NCBI GenBank assembly: GCA_964516745.1
Contig: CAZEYD010000004.1
Location: forward strand, 7,972 to 71,971
From: Candidatus Woesearchaeota archaeon
Lineage (GTDB): Archaea; Nanobdellota; Nanobdellia; Pacearchaeales; GW2011-AR1
DNA length: 64,000 nucleotides
Direction: 5' to 3'
Shown piece after piece: positions 46,689 to 55,219 of this stretch. The position numbers were made by a program, and so were the translations under genes. The first letter of the stretch is position 1. Each line of letters starts with the position of its first letter. The notes under the pieces are model-generated. The model did no database searches and had not been told where the DNA came from. It saw only the letters and a program-made list of their open reading frames with translations.

Positions 46689-49600
46689 ATGTTATCTAAG
46701 TTTGGTCTCCGTGATGATTTAATTCCTGTTTGGCAAAGTTTTGTTAATGATAAACTTCAGGTTGATGCCGTTGGTATTTTTGATTCTTTTGATATTTCTC
46801 GTGAGCGTATTGATTCTAAATCTGAGTCTAATGTTTTGATTCGTGATAATGGCAAGAGTTATGACGTTAGTATTGAGATTGTTAATGATGAGTTTTTGTA
46901 TTTTTGTACTTGTTCTCATCGTTCTGAGGCTAAGGCTTGTGCTCATGCTGGTGCTGTTTTAATTCATAAGATGCTTAAGTCTAAGAAGAATGATTTTAAT
47001 TCTCGTCCAAAGACTTTATTGGCTGCTTTAGCTGATAAACGTAAAAGTCTTGGTGGTATAAATTATTTTAAGGAGTTATTCCCTAGTGTTAGTAAAGATT
47101 CTCAAAAAAACATGATTTATTTTAATTTTGAGGATTTTAGTAATAATAGTCAACTTTTGCGTTTACAGCGTGGTGTCATTAAGAATGATGGTTCTTATTC
47201 TTTGCCTATGAAGTTTACTGGTAAGGATTTTGATTTTAATCGTTTGAATGTTAGTGGTGGTGTTCGTCGTCTTTTGAGTTTTATTATTACTGGAGAGAAT
47301 TTTGGTATGGGTTATGCTAGTGGTGGTTTTTCTAAGAGTCGTTTTTATGATGTTAATACTGATTATATGATGCCTTTGTTTAAGGATTTATATTTTCTTG
47401 AGCAAGAATTAATTCTTGGAGCTACTTTTGCTAAGGAAAATTTTCGTATTCGTTGGGATACTTCTAAGAATTCTGATTCTACTTATACTCTTAAACCTTT
47501 TTTTGTTTCTGGTAAGCGTGAAGTTAGTTTATGTAACATGGAGTTGAGTGAACTTGGTATGAATAGTCTTTGGGTTTTTGATAATAAGAAGCGGTGTTTT
47601 TACCAACATAAGGAATGTTCTCGTCTTGATGCTGTTAAAAATATTGTTCGTTTTCCTAAGGAGCTTGTTTTGACTGAGTCTGAGTTGAAGGATTTTTTTA
47701 GTAAGTATTATCAGGACGTTTTGGATAGTTTTGAATTTAAGGTGTCTGATGATTTTAATCGTGAGGAGAAGTCGGTTATTCCTTTGCCTAAACTTTATTT
47801 GGAACGTAAGGGTGTTAAGATTTTGGTAAATTTACGTTTTGATTATGCTGGCCGTGAGGTAGATTATTTTTCTAAGACTAAAGATTTGGTTATTGTTAAG
47901 GAGAATACTTTATATGATGTTTCTAGGGATTTGGAAGAGGAGGATCGTGTTGCTGAACTTCTTAATGATAATGGGGTTGTGACTCATAAGCGTTATGATG
48001 AGTTTCGTTTGGAAGAGGATTTAATTGATTTTGTTGTTAATGGAATTCCTAATCTTAAGAACTATAGTATTGGTATTTTTGGTGAGGAGAATTTATTTAA
48101 TTTTAAAATTTCTAAGGGTCGTCCTGGTATGATGCTTGAAGTAAAAAATGATGTTGACTGGTTTGATATTAAAGGCGAAATTCGTTTTGGTAAGGATAGG
48201 GCTTCTATGGAAAAAGTTCTTGAAGCTGTTTTTCAAAATAAAAGGTTTGTTGATTTGGGTGATAATAAGAAGGGTGTTATTCCTGTAAATTGGATTTCTG
48301 AACTTCGTGCTTATAGAGGTTTTTTTAAGAATGATGATGGTAGTACTAAACTTTCAAAATATCATGTTTCTGTTTTGGAATCTTTAATTAATTTGTCTAA
48401 GAATACTAATCTTGATAAAGAATCTGAGAAAGCTTTAAAAAAGTTTCGAAGTTTTGAAAAAATTAGTGAGGTTGAAATTTCTAAGAATATCACTGCTAAT
48501 CTTCGTGATTATCAGAAGAAGGGGTATGATTGGTTAAATTTTCTTAAAGATTATGATTTTAATGGAATTTTAGCTGATGATATGGGCCTTGGTAAAACTC
48601 TTCAGGCTCTTTGTCTCTTACAAAAAATCAAGGATGATGGCGGGAAAAAACCTTCTTTAATTATTGTTCCTACTTCTTTAATTTTTAATTGGAATAATGA
48701 AATAAAAAAATTCTCTCCTAAATTAAAAGCTTATTTGCATCATGGTTCTAAGAGGGTTAAGGGTGAGAAGAATTTTGCTTCTAACTTAAAAAGTCACGAT
48801 TTAATCATTACCTCTTATGGTATTTTAAAGAATGATTTAGCACTTTTTGCTATGCAAAAATTTGATTATGTTATCTTAGATGAGGCTCATAGCATCAAGA
48901 ATCCTTTATCTGTCAATGCTCGTTCTGTCAATGCTCTTTGTGCTAGTCATAAACTTGCAATTTCTGGTACTCCAATACAAAATAATTTAATGGAACTTTG
49001 GAGTCTTTTTAATTTTCTTAGTCCTGGATACCTTGGTTCTTATGATTCTTTCAAAGAAAATTTTGTTTTGCGAATCGAGGGTGAAAAGGATGAAGCTACT
49101 AAAAATGCTTTGAAGAGGATGGTAGATCCGTTTTTATTGAAGAGGTCTAAAGATATAATTTCTAGTGAGCTCCCTCCAAAAACTGAGCTTGTTCTTAGAA
49201 GTAATTTTGGTGATGATGAAAAATTAATTTATAATAATTGGAAGGATTATTATAGCTCAGAAATTTCAAGCAGCATTAAGGCGAATGGTCTTGGTAAGTC
49301 TAGATTAAAAATTCTTGAGGGTTTAACAAAATTAAGACAAGTTTGTTTGCATCCTAGAATGGTTGATTCAAAATATGTTGGTAGTAGCGCAAAATTTGAT
49401 CTTCTTGTTGTGGAGGTTGAAAAAGTTTTGTCTGAGGGACATAAGGTTTTAATTTTTTCTTCTTTTGTTAAGATGTTGACTATTTTGCAGGAAGAATTAC
49501 AAAAAAAAGGTATCAAATATTCGTATCTTGATGGTGCTTCAAAAAATCGTGAGAAAATTGTTAGGGAATTTGAGGAAAGTAAAACATCTCGTCCTTTTCT

Positions 49601-49892
49601 TATTTCTATTAAAGCTGGTGGCGTTGGTCTAAATCTTACTTCTGCTGATTATGTTTTTGTAGTGGATCCTTGGTGGAATCCTGCTGTTGAGATGCAGGCT
49701 ATGGATAGAGCTCATAGAATTGGACAAAAAAAACCTGTTTTTGTTTACAAAATGATTGCTGATGGCTCTATCGAAGAAAAGATTCTCGAATTACAAAAAT
49801 CTAAGAAGAAACTTGTAACTGATATTATCCATGTAGAAAAGGGTATCGCTAAGGAGATGGATGTTAAGATGATTAAAGAAATTTTTGGTTAA
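46689..49892 (+). CDS. SNF2-family helicase with N-terminal SWIM zinc finger
   Basis: SWIM motif CTCSHRSEAKACAHAGAVL (CxCx9CxH). SNF2 motifs LADDMGLGKTLQ (I), VILDEAHSIKN (II) and QAMDRAHRIGQKKPV (VI). Confidence 0.85.
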   Translation: MLSKFGLRDDLIPVWQSFVNDKLQVDAVGIFDSFDISRERIDSKSESNVLIRDNGKSYDVSIEIVNDEFLYFCTCSHRSEAKACAHAGAVLIHKMLKSKKNDFNSRPKTLLAALADKRKSLGGINYFKELFPSVSKDSQKNMIYFNFEDFSNNSQLLRLQRGVIKNDGSYSLPMKFTGKDFDFNRLNVSGGVRRLLSFIITGENFGMGYASGGFSKSRFYDVNTDYMMPLFKDLYFLEQELILGATFAKENFRIRWDTSKNSDSTYTLKPFFVSGKREVSLCNMELSELGMNSLWVFDNKKRCFYQHKECSRLDAVKNIVRFPKELVLTESELKDFFSKYYQDVLDSFEFKVSDDFNREEKSVIPLPKLYLERKGVKILVNLRFDYAGREVDYFSKTKDLVIVKENTLYDVSRDLEEEDRVAELLNDNGVVTHKRYDEFRLEEDLIDFVVNGIPNLKNYSIGIFGEENLFNFKISKGRPGMMLEVKNDVDWFDIKGEIRFGKDRASMEKVLEAVFQNKRFVDLGDNKKGVIPVNWISELRAYRGFFKNDDGSTKLSKYHVSVLESLINLSKNTNLDKESEKALKKFRSFEKISEVEISKNITANLRDYQKKGYDWLNFLKDYDFNGILADDMGLGKTLQALCLLQKIKDDGGKKPSLIIVPTSLIFNWNNEIKKFSPKLKAYLHHGSKRVKGEKNFASNLKSHDLIITSYGILKNDLALFAMQKFDYVILDEAHSIKNPLSVNARSVNALCASHKLAISGTPIQNNLMELWSLFNFLSPGYLGSYDSFKENFVLRIEGEKDEATKNALKRMVDPFLLKRSKDIISSELPPKTELVLRSNFGDDEKLIYNNWKDYYSSEISSSIKANGLGKSRLKILEGLTKLRQVCLHPRMVDSKYVGSSAKFDLLVVEVEKVLSEGHKVLIFSSFVKMLTILQEELQKKGIKYSYLDGASKNREKIVREFEESKTSRPFLISIKAGGVGLNLTSADYVFVVDPWWNPAVEMQAMDRAHRIGQKKPVFVYKMIADGSIEEKILELQKSKKKLVTDIIHVEKGIAKEMDVKMIKEIFG

Positions 49893-49987
49893 AAGTTTGT
49901 ATTCTATTGGTTTGGGAGTTTTATATTTTATTTAAAACGATTTGTTCTTAAGAAAAGATTTAGTGTTAATCTGCTATTTTTCTTTTA

Positions 49988-50464
49988 TTATTGAAAAATT
50001 GAATTATATTTCTTTTTATGCTTATAATGTTTTTTTTCTTTTTCTGAAACTATTATTTCTAGCGGACCAATTTGTTCAAATTTTTCAGATTCTGGATCCC
50101 AGGATGGATCATGATCTTTTTTTAACATATCGATATTTTTCCTATAACCGATAGCATCTTCTGAGCTGATAAAATATGCATTATGAATATTTTCTGTTAC
50201 GGAATTAAGAATGCGATTCCATCCATCTTCTTGAAATTTGGTATCTCTTTTGATTTCTGTATATGTCTTCATAGAATTTTTACTGAAAAACGGTTTATAA
50301 ATTGTTATATTCAGTTTTAAATCGGTTTGACAGGACGAAGTGTTAGTCTTATGGGTGGAAGAATAAGTTTCATTTCTAAATTTGGTATACCAAATGTCTC
50401 TACTAAACACTGACGATTTTAGTAAACAAAACTTATAAGCTAATGAAGACTTGAATATATACAT
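49988..50464 (-). CDS. hypothetical protein, full-length member of a duplicated family (paralog of 45392..45640)
   Basis: The C-terminal 90 aa align with the truncated copy (WNRILNSVTENI...YRKNIDMLKKDHDPSWDP). Confidence 0.35.
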   Translation of the reverse strand: MYIFKSSLAYKFCLLKSSVFSRDIWYTKFRNETYSSTHKTNTSSCQTDLKLNITIYKPFFSKNSMKTYTEIKRDTKFQEDGWNRILNSVTENIHNAYFISSEDAIGYRKNIDMLKKDHDPSWDPESEKFEQIGPLEIIVSEKEKKHYKHKKKYNSIFQ

Positions 50465-50486
50465 TAAATAGTATATAATACATAAT

Positions 50487-50753
50487 ATGGAAATAAATTT
50501 AAATTTGTTCTTTAGAAAAAAGCCAGCAATGATGTTGATTGCTTTGAAGAAGGTGAGTAGAGCTAAATATGGTTCTCAATTGGCAAAAGAAATCGATTGT
50601 ACATATTCTCATGCTGTAAAAATTTTACAAACATTAGAAGAGATTGGACTTGTTTCTTTTGAAAAAACGGGAAGAATCAAGATAATTAATTTGACTAAGA
50701 AAGGTGCTGATGTAGCAACTCACATAGAAGCAATAAAAAATATAGTTGAATAA
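50487..50753 (+). CDS. small winged-helix transcriptional regulator
   Basis: 88-aa protein; the segment QLAKEIDCTYSHAVKILQTLEEIGLV is wHTH-like. Confidence 0.45.
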   Translation: MEINLNLFFRKKPAMMLIALKKVSRAKYGSQLAKEIDCTYSHAVKILQTLEEIGLVSFEKTGRIKIINLTKKGADVATHIEAIKNIVE

Positions 50754-50935
50754 ACCCAATAGTAAATGGAAGGTTTAATAAATAACTCTAAATCGGGCAT
50801 TCCCTCCTATTTAACCAGTTGGGGTGCTTTTTATTTTTTATTGACGCTGGTTTTGTGAATTTTTAGTGTAGTGTTTTTTAGGGCGTATTTTTTCATTAAG
50901 AAACATTTTTAAATATTTAAGCCAAGTTATATAGT

Positions 50936-51373
50936 ATGGTCCAAGAAGCTTCAGATTTTAAGTTGAAACAAATGACAGTTTATATTCTATTGGTCATTTT
51001 TGTTTTTACCGAAATAATAGATTTTTCTCTTGATTACTGGCTTGGAAATTCACTAATCCATTCTATTTTACAACTAATTTTATTTATTTCGCTTTTCATT
51101 ATTATCTCAAAACTTTTCTTGAGATACTCTAATAAAAGAATGAAAAAGTTAATTCCGAATGAATTAATGAATATTTTAAAAATTATTGATAATTCAAGTA
51201 AAAAAGGGATTTTGATTAATCAGAGAAAAATGAGGGAATTATTAAACATTACAAAACCGACTCTTAAGAAAAGAGTAGATATATTGTTGGAATTTAAATA
51301 TATAATCTTTGAAGAACAAGGAAATTATAGATATTTAATGCTTACAGAACTAGGAAAGTCAATTATAGGTTGA
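50936..51373 (+). CDS. membrane-anchored winged-helix protein
   Basis: Two N-terminal TM helices followed by a wHTH (MRELLNITKPTLKKRVDILLEFKYI). Confidence 0.4.
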   Translation: MVQEASDFKLKQMTVYILLVIFVFTEIIDFSLDYWLGNSLIHSILQLILFISLFIIISKLFLRYSNKRMKKLIPNELMNILKIIDNSSKKGILINQRKMRELLNITKPTLKKRVDILLEFKYIIFEEQGNYRYLMLTELGKSIIG

Positions 51374-51455
51374 TTTTTGCCCTCTTTTTACCTTTAATTT
51401 ACTTCCTTTTTATTCCTTCTTTAAATAATATATTTCATAAGCTAATTAAAGGAAG

Positions 51456-51974
51456 ATGGAAAAGAAAGAGGCTATAAAACTAAGAAGAGAACAAGCTACA
51501 GATCTGTTTGAGCTTTATGAAGAGAAATGTGATAATTGTTTTAATGGTAACTCTAATGTTGTAAAAGACATTATGATTAGACCCGTCTTTCTCTATCCTA
51601 AAGATAATGCAAAAACCATTATGCGAAAATTGAAGAAAGAGGCCACAAATGTTTGCATAGTCGTTACTAAAGATAAGAAGTTTGTTGGAGAAATAGGGGT
51701 TGAAGATTTGGTTAAACTATTTTTACATCAAGTTAAATATGAGCCCCTAGTTCAAACATTGAATATTGGTTATAGAAGGGAATTCTTATATCAATCTGCA
51801 GGTGAATTAATAAATAAACACAATTCAACTGTAAAATCTATTGACCCCATAAATAAGGTAATTAAATTACTCTACAAGGAAGGATTCAACTACATTCCAG
51901 TATTAGATAAAAATGAGAAAGTTATTGGTGTTGTAACTCCTAGTAGTCTAATCAATTTTTTGCAAGAGAAATGA
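51456..51974 (+). CDS. CBS-domain pair protein
   Basis: Two CBS-like segments (IMIRPVFLYP...; VIGVVTPSSLINFL). Confidence 0.55.
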   Translation: MEKKEAIKLRREQATDLFELYEEKCDNCFNGNSNVVKDIMIRPVFLYPKDNAKTIMRKLKKEATNVCIVVTKDKKFVGEIGVEDLVKLFLHQVKYEPLVQTLNIGYRREFLYQSAGELINKHNSTVKSIDPINKVIKLLYKEGFNYIPVLDKNEKVIGVVTPSSLINFLQEK

Positions 51975-51990
51975 ACATAAATAATTAATC

Positions 51991-53670
51991 ATGGAAGTTT
52001 TTATAGAATTGAGTATAATTTTTGGGATAACCGTTCTTATTTCTGGATTTATGAAATTATTAAAGCAACCCCTTATTATTGGATATATTCTTTCAGGTAT
52101 TCTTGTTAGTCCTTATTTTTTAAATATTATTCAATCAACAGAAGCTCTCAAGGTTTTTTCTCAAATAGGAATTGCTTTACTTCTTTTTATTGTTGGTCTA
52201 AATCTGAGTCCTAAAGTTATTAAGGAGGTTGGAAAGGTGTCTCTAATAACTGGTCTTGGTCAGATTGTTTTTACATCATCATTTGGTTTTTTTATAAGTA
52301 AGTTGTTAGGTTTTTCAACAATTGTTTCATTATACATTGCAATTGCCTTGACATTTAGCAGTACAATTATCATTATGAAATTATTATCTGATAAAAAGGA
52401 CCTAGAAAAGTTATATGGAAAGATTTCTGTAGGATTTTTATTGGTTCAAGATCTTTTTGTAATAGCTCTTTTAATGATAATTTCTTCTTTTTCAGGTGGC
52501 TTAGATATTCACAGTTTATCTTTATTGAATATTGTTTATGGTCTATTATCAATTGCAGCATTCATTTTGATAAATATTTATGTTTTGCCTCGTTTGTCAA
52601 AGTTCTTTGCTAAATCTCAGGAGTTTTTATTTTTATTTTCAATAGCATGGGGCTTAGGTCTTGCAGCATTGTTTCATTTTATGGGCTTTTCAATGGAAAT
52701 TGGAGCATTAGTTGCAGGTATTGCATTTTCAATGTCACCGTTCCATTATGAAATCAGTTCAAAAATGAAACCACTAAGAGATTTCTTTATAATTTTATTT
52801 TTCATACTTTTAGGTTCTCAAATGGTTTTGGGAGATATTGCTGAATTAATTGTTCCAGCGATAATTTTTTCATTATTTATTTTAATTGGGAACCCCTTGA
52901 TTGTGATGGTTTTGATGGGAATTCTAGGTTATAAGAAAAAGACAGGGTTCCAGGCAGGTTTTACTGTAGCTCAAATAAGTGAATTTTCATTAATTTTGAT
53001 AACCTTGGGAGTCAGTGTTGGACATTTAACAGGAGAAATATTATCTCTTGTTACAATTATTGGTTTAATTACTATTTCAGGTTCAACTTACCTCGTAATG
53101 TATTCAGACAAAATGTATCCTTATCTTGCTAAGTATCTTAGTATTTTTGAAAGGAAAAAAACAATCGAAAGCGAGAAACATGTAGAAGATTATGAAGTTA
53201 TTTTATGTGGGTGTAATCGAATTGGTTATGACTTATTAGAGTCCTTTAAAAAAATAAAGAAAAAAGCTTTGGTGGTGGATTATAATCCTGAAACGATTAA
53301 TCAATTATCTAAAGAAGGAGTAGATTGTAGATATGGAGATTTAGACGATGAGGAATTTTTAAGCGAATTGAATCTTATTAAAGCTAAAATGGTTATTTCA
53401 ACAATTCCAGATTTTGAGACAAATTTATTGTTGATTAATAAAATAAAACAGTTAAATGAAAGGGCAATTGTTATGGTCACATCCCATAATCTTGAAGAAG
53501 CAGATAAATTATATGAATCTGGAGCAACATATATTATAATGCCCCATTTTTTAAGTGGGATTCAAGCATCGAAGATAATTGAGGAATATAAATTTAATAC
53601 AAATAAATTCAAAAAAGAAAAAAGAACTCATATTGAATATCTCAAAAAAAGGAAAAAGAACCCATATTGA
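51991..53670 (+). CDS. Kef-type K+/H+ antiporter (CPA2) with C-terminal RCK/TrkA-N domain; copy 2 (paralog of 21236..23002)
   Basis: The N-terminal ~120 aa are nearly colinear with copy 1 (LKQPLIIGYILSGI..., ALTFSSTIIIMKLLSDK). RCK segment ILCGCNRIGYDLLE...ALVVDYNPE. Confidence 0.8.
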   Translation: MEVFIELSIIFGITVLISGFMKLLKQPLIIGYILSGILVSPYFLNIIQSTEALKVFSQIGIALLLFIVGLNLSPKVIKEVGKVSLITGLGQIVFTSSFGFFISKLLGFSTIVSLYIAIALTFSSTIIIMKLLSDKKDLEKLYGKISVGFLLVQDLFVIALLMIISSFSGGLDIHSLSLLNIVYGLLSIAAFILINIYVLPRLSKFFAKSQEFLFLFSIAWGLGLAALFHFMGFSMEIGALVAGIAFSMSPFHYEISSKMKPLRDFFIILFFILLGSQMVLGDIAELIVPAIIFSLFILIGNPLIVMVLMGILGYKKKTGFQAGFTVAQISEFSLILITLGVSVGHLTGEILSLVTIIGLITISGSTYLVMYSDKMYPYLAKYLSIFERKKTIESEKHVEDYEVILCGCNRIGYDLLESFKKIKKKALVVDYNPETINQLSKEGVDCRYGDLDDEEFLSELNLIKAKMVISTIPDFETNLLLINKIKQLNERAIVMVTSHNLEEADKLYESGATYIIMPHFLSGIQASKIIEEYKFNTNKFKKEKRTHIEYLKKRKKNPY

Positions 53671-53693
53671 ATATTCCAAAAAAGGAAAAAGAC
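53629..53693. repeat. imperfect tandem direct repeat (2 x ~32 nt, catattgaatatYYCaaaaaaaggaaaaaga) spanning the stop codon of the Kef paralog
   Basis: Copy 1 is 53629-53660 and copy 2 is 53663-53693, about 90% identical. Confidence 0.8.
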
Positions 53694-53812
53694 TATGCCA
53701 TGAACATTCAAAAACCGAATTGTATTCCTTCTCAAATTCATGTTGTTAATTGTTAAACCTATTAATCTAAATGCCTCCCGGCCCTCTCAAATTGTCTAAC
53801 AGCGACGGTAAA

Positions 53813-53840
53813 ATGAGCCTACGGAGATTTGAACTCCGGT
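53813..53840 (-). other. orphan tRNA 3'-half (T-arm + acceptor 3' strand + discriminator) with no detectable 5' half; att-like remnant
   Basis: The minus strand reads CGGAG-TTCAAAT-CTCCG (perfect T stem with T-loop consensus), then TAGGCTC-A. No complementary GAGCCTA acceptor strand or anticodon arm lies within 300 nt upstream. Confidence 0.5.
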
Positions 53841-54230
53841 TTCTTTTCATAACTCCGAAGGTATTTAGTGATAAGTTACGATTATTTATTTAAAAGAAAA
53901 GCACATATGAATAATTAATATACTTATACTAAAAATAAAAAATGAAGAAATTAAAAGTTCAATTTGTTTGCAAGTATTATTTTTTTTACAAATTTGGTAA
54001 TTCTTTTTCATATAAAATTAAAACTTTAGATGTTAATAAATATTTTTATGTTATTAAAAATTAATATAATATTTAAGATATAATTATCAATTAATTTTTC
54101 ATAAAAAATAATTAAAAAAGAGCATTTTAAAAAATAAAATACTTATTCTTTAAGGAAAATTGACGGTATAAAATTTAATATCAATTTATATAATAATTTA
54201 ATTTTATTACTATTTTAAGATTCTAGATTT

Positions 54231-54272
54231 AAACATATTATATATAATATAATTATTATATATAATATGTTT
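54231..54272. repeat. 42-bp perfect palindrome (19-bp arms aaacatattatatataata, 4-bp spacer) within ~1 kb of >85% AT non-coding DNA
   Basis: The reverse complement of 54254-54272 equals 54231-54249 exactly. Confidence 0.9.
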
Positions 54273-54840
54273 TTGGCCAATAGTCTTCCTAAACATTAAT
54301 CATCCAAAAAAGACCGGTATTTTCAAAAAATTATTATTGTATTTAATCTAGTCTTATTCGATTTTTTTTAAAAAAAGAGGTTATTTTTATGTTTTTATAA
54401 AAAATTATAATGTTAAAAAATGGTAATTTGACTTATTCTTTAACGAATATTTTATTAAGAAAAAATAGGCAAAATTTCAGATAAAAAACAAGAATTTTAT
54501 TTTGAATTTAAAATCAATATTAGTGTTGTTTTAAAGATATTTTTAATGAAATTTAATAGAAACTAAGGTTGTTAAATTTGTTTGTTAGTTATATTTTATA
54601 AGGATAAATAAGCTGCTAGAATAGTTAAAAATTTCTAGGTGCAGAAAATTACACAAGTCTTATAAAAATGCAATAGAGATGCTCTCATTGGCCATATCTT
54701 TCAAATTTGGGAGAAAGGAGAGGTCGTATTTTAATATCAAATACTAATATTTTGAAAGTTCAAAAAAGCAAGAATATTCAGAAATCAAATTTAATAATTT
54801 TATTTTTGAAGGAACTTATAATTCAGCAAGATTCTTTTTA

Positions 54841-55146
54841 ATGAAACTAGGAAAAAGAGTTTTGAATAAACCAATTTATTTTCATCTGTTTAGACATAGT
54901 TCTGCAACATATTATGCTTCTAAACTTAATAGACAAGAACTTTGTTATCGTTATGGTTGGAAATTTTCGAGTAATATGCCAGATGTCTATATCTCTCGTG
55001 CTGGTATGGAATCAAAAGAACTCGATGAGAAATTTGCTGCAACCGAAATTGAAATATTACAAAAGAAGCTAGAAACTCAAGAACAACAGAGATTGATTAG
55101 AAATGAAGAAATGCAAAAAAAAGATCAAAGAAGAAGTTTGGGATGA
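54841..55146 (+). pseudogene. tyrosine recombinase/integrase C-terminal fragment (box II + catalytic Tyr only)
   Basis: HLFRHSSATYYA (HxxRHxxAT box II) ... GW ... DVYISRAG (catalytic Y). An in-frame stop lies 30 codons upstream of the Met, so the N-terminal catalytic R/K/H region is missing. An A8 homopolymer at 55117-55124 lies near the 3' end. Confidence 0.5.
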
Positions 55147-55219
55147 AGTTAAAGTTAAGTTGCAAATATTATTGGATGCTGGTGAAATTGTTATGAAATA
55201 AGATATTTAAGAGTTCTTT

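Noticed and set aside
53760-53900. An intact tRNA gene at the chromosome/island junction.
   Set aside because: Only the T-arm and the 3' acceptor strand are present. No complementary 5' acceptor strand, D-arm or anticodon arm could be assembled on either strand. The plus-strand alternative has a non-consensus T-loop (ATTTGAA). It is reported as a tRNA fragment instead.
54841-55146. An SSV-type split integrase (Int-N/Int-C partition at attP).
   Set aside because: In SSV-type integration the large C-terminal part containing all catalytic residues stays intact. Here only the last ~60 catalytic-domain residues are in frame, so simple decay is more parsimonious.
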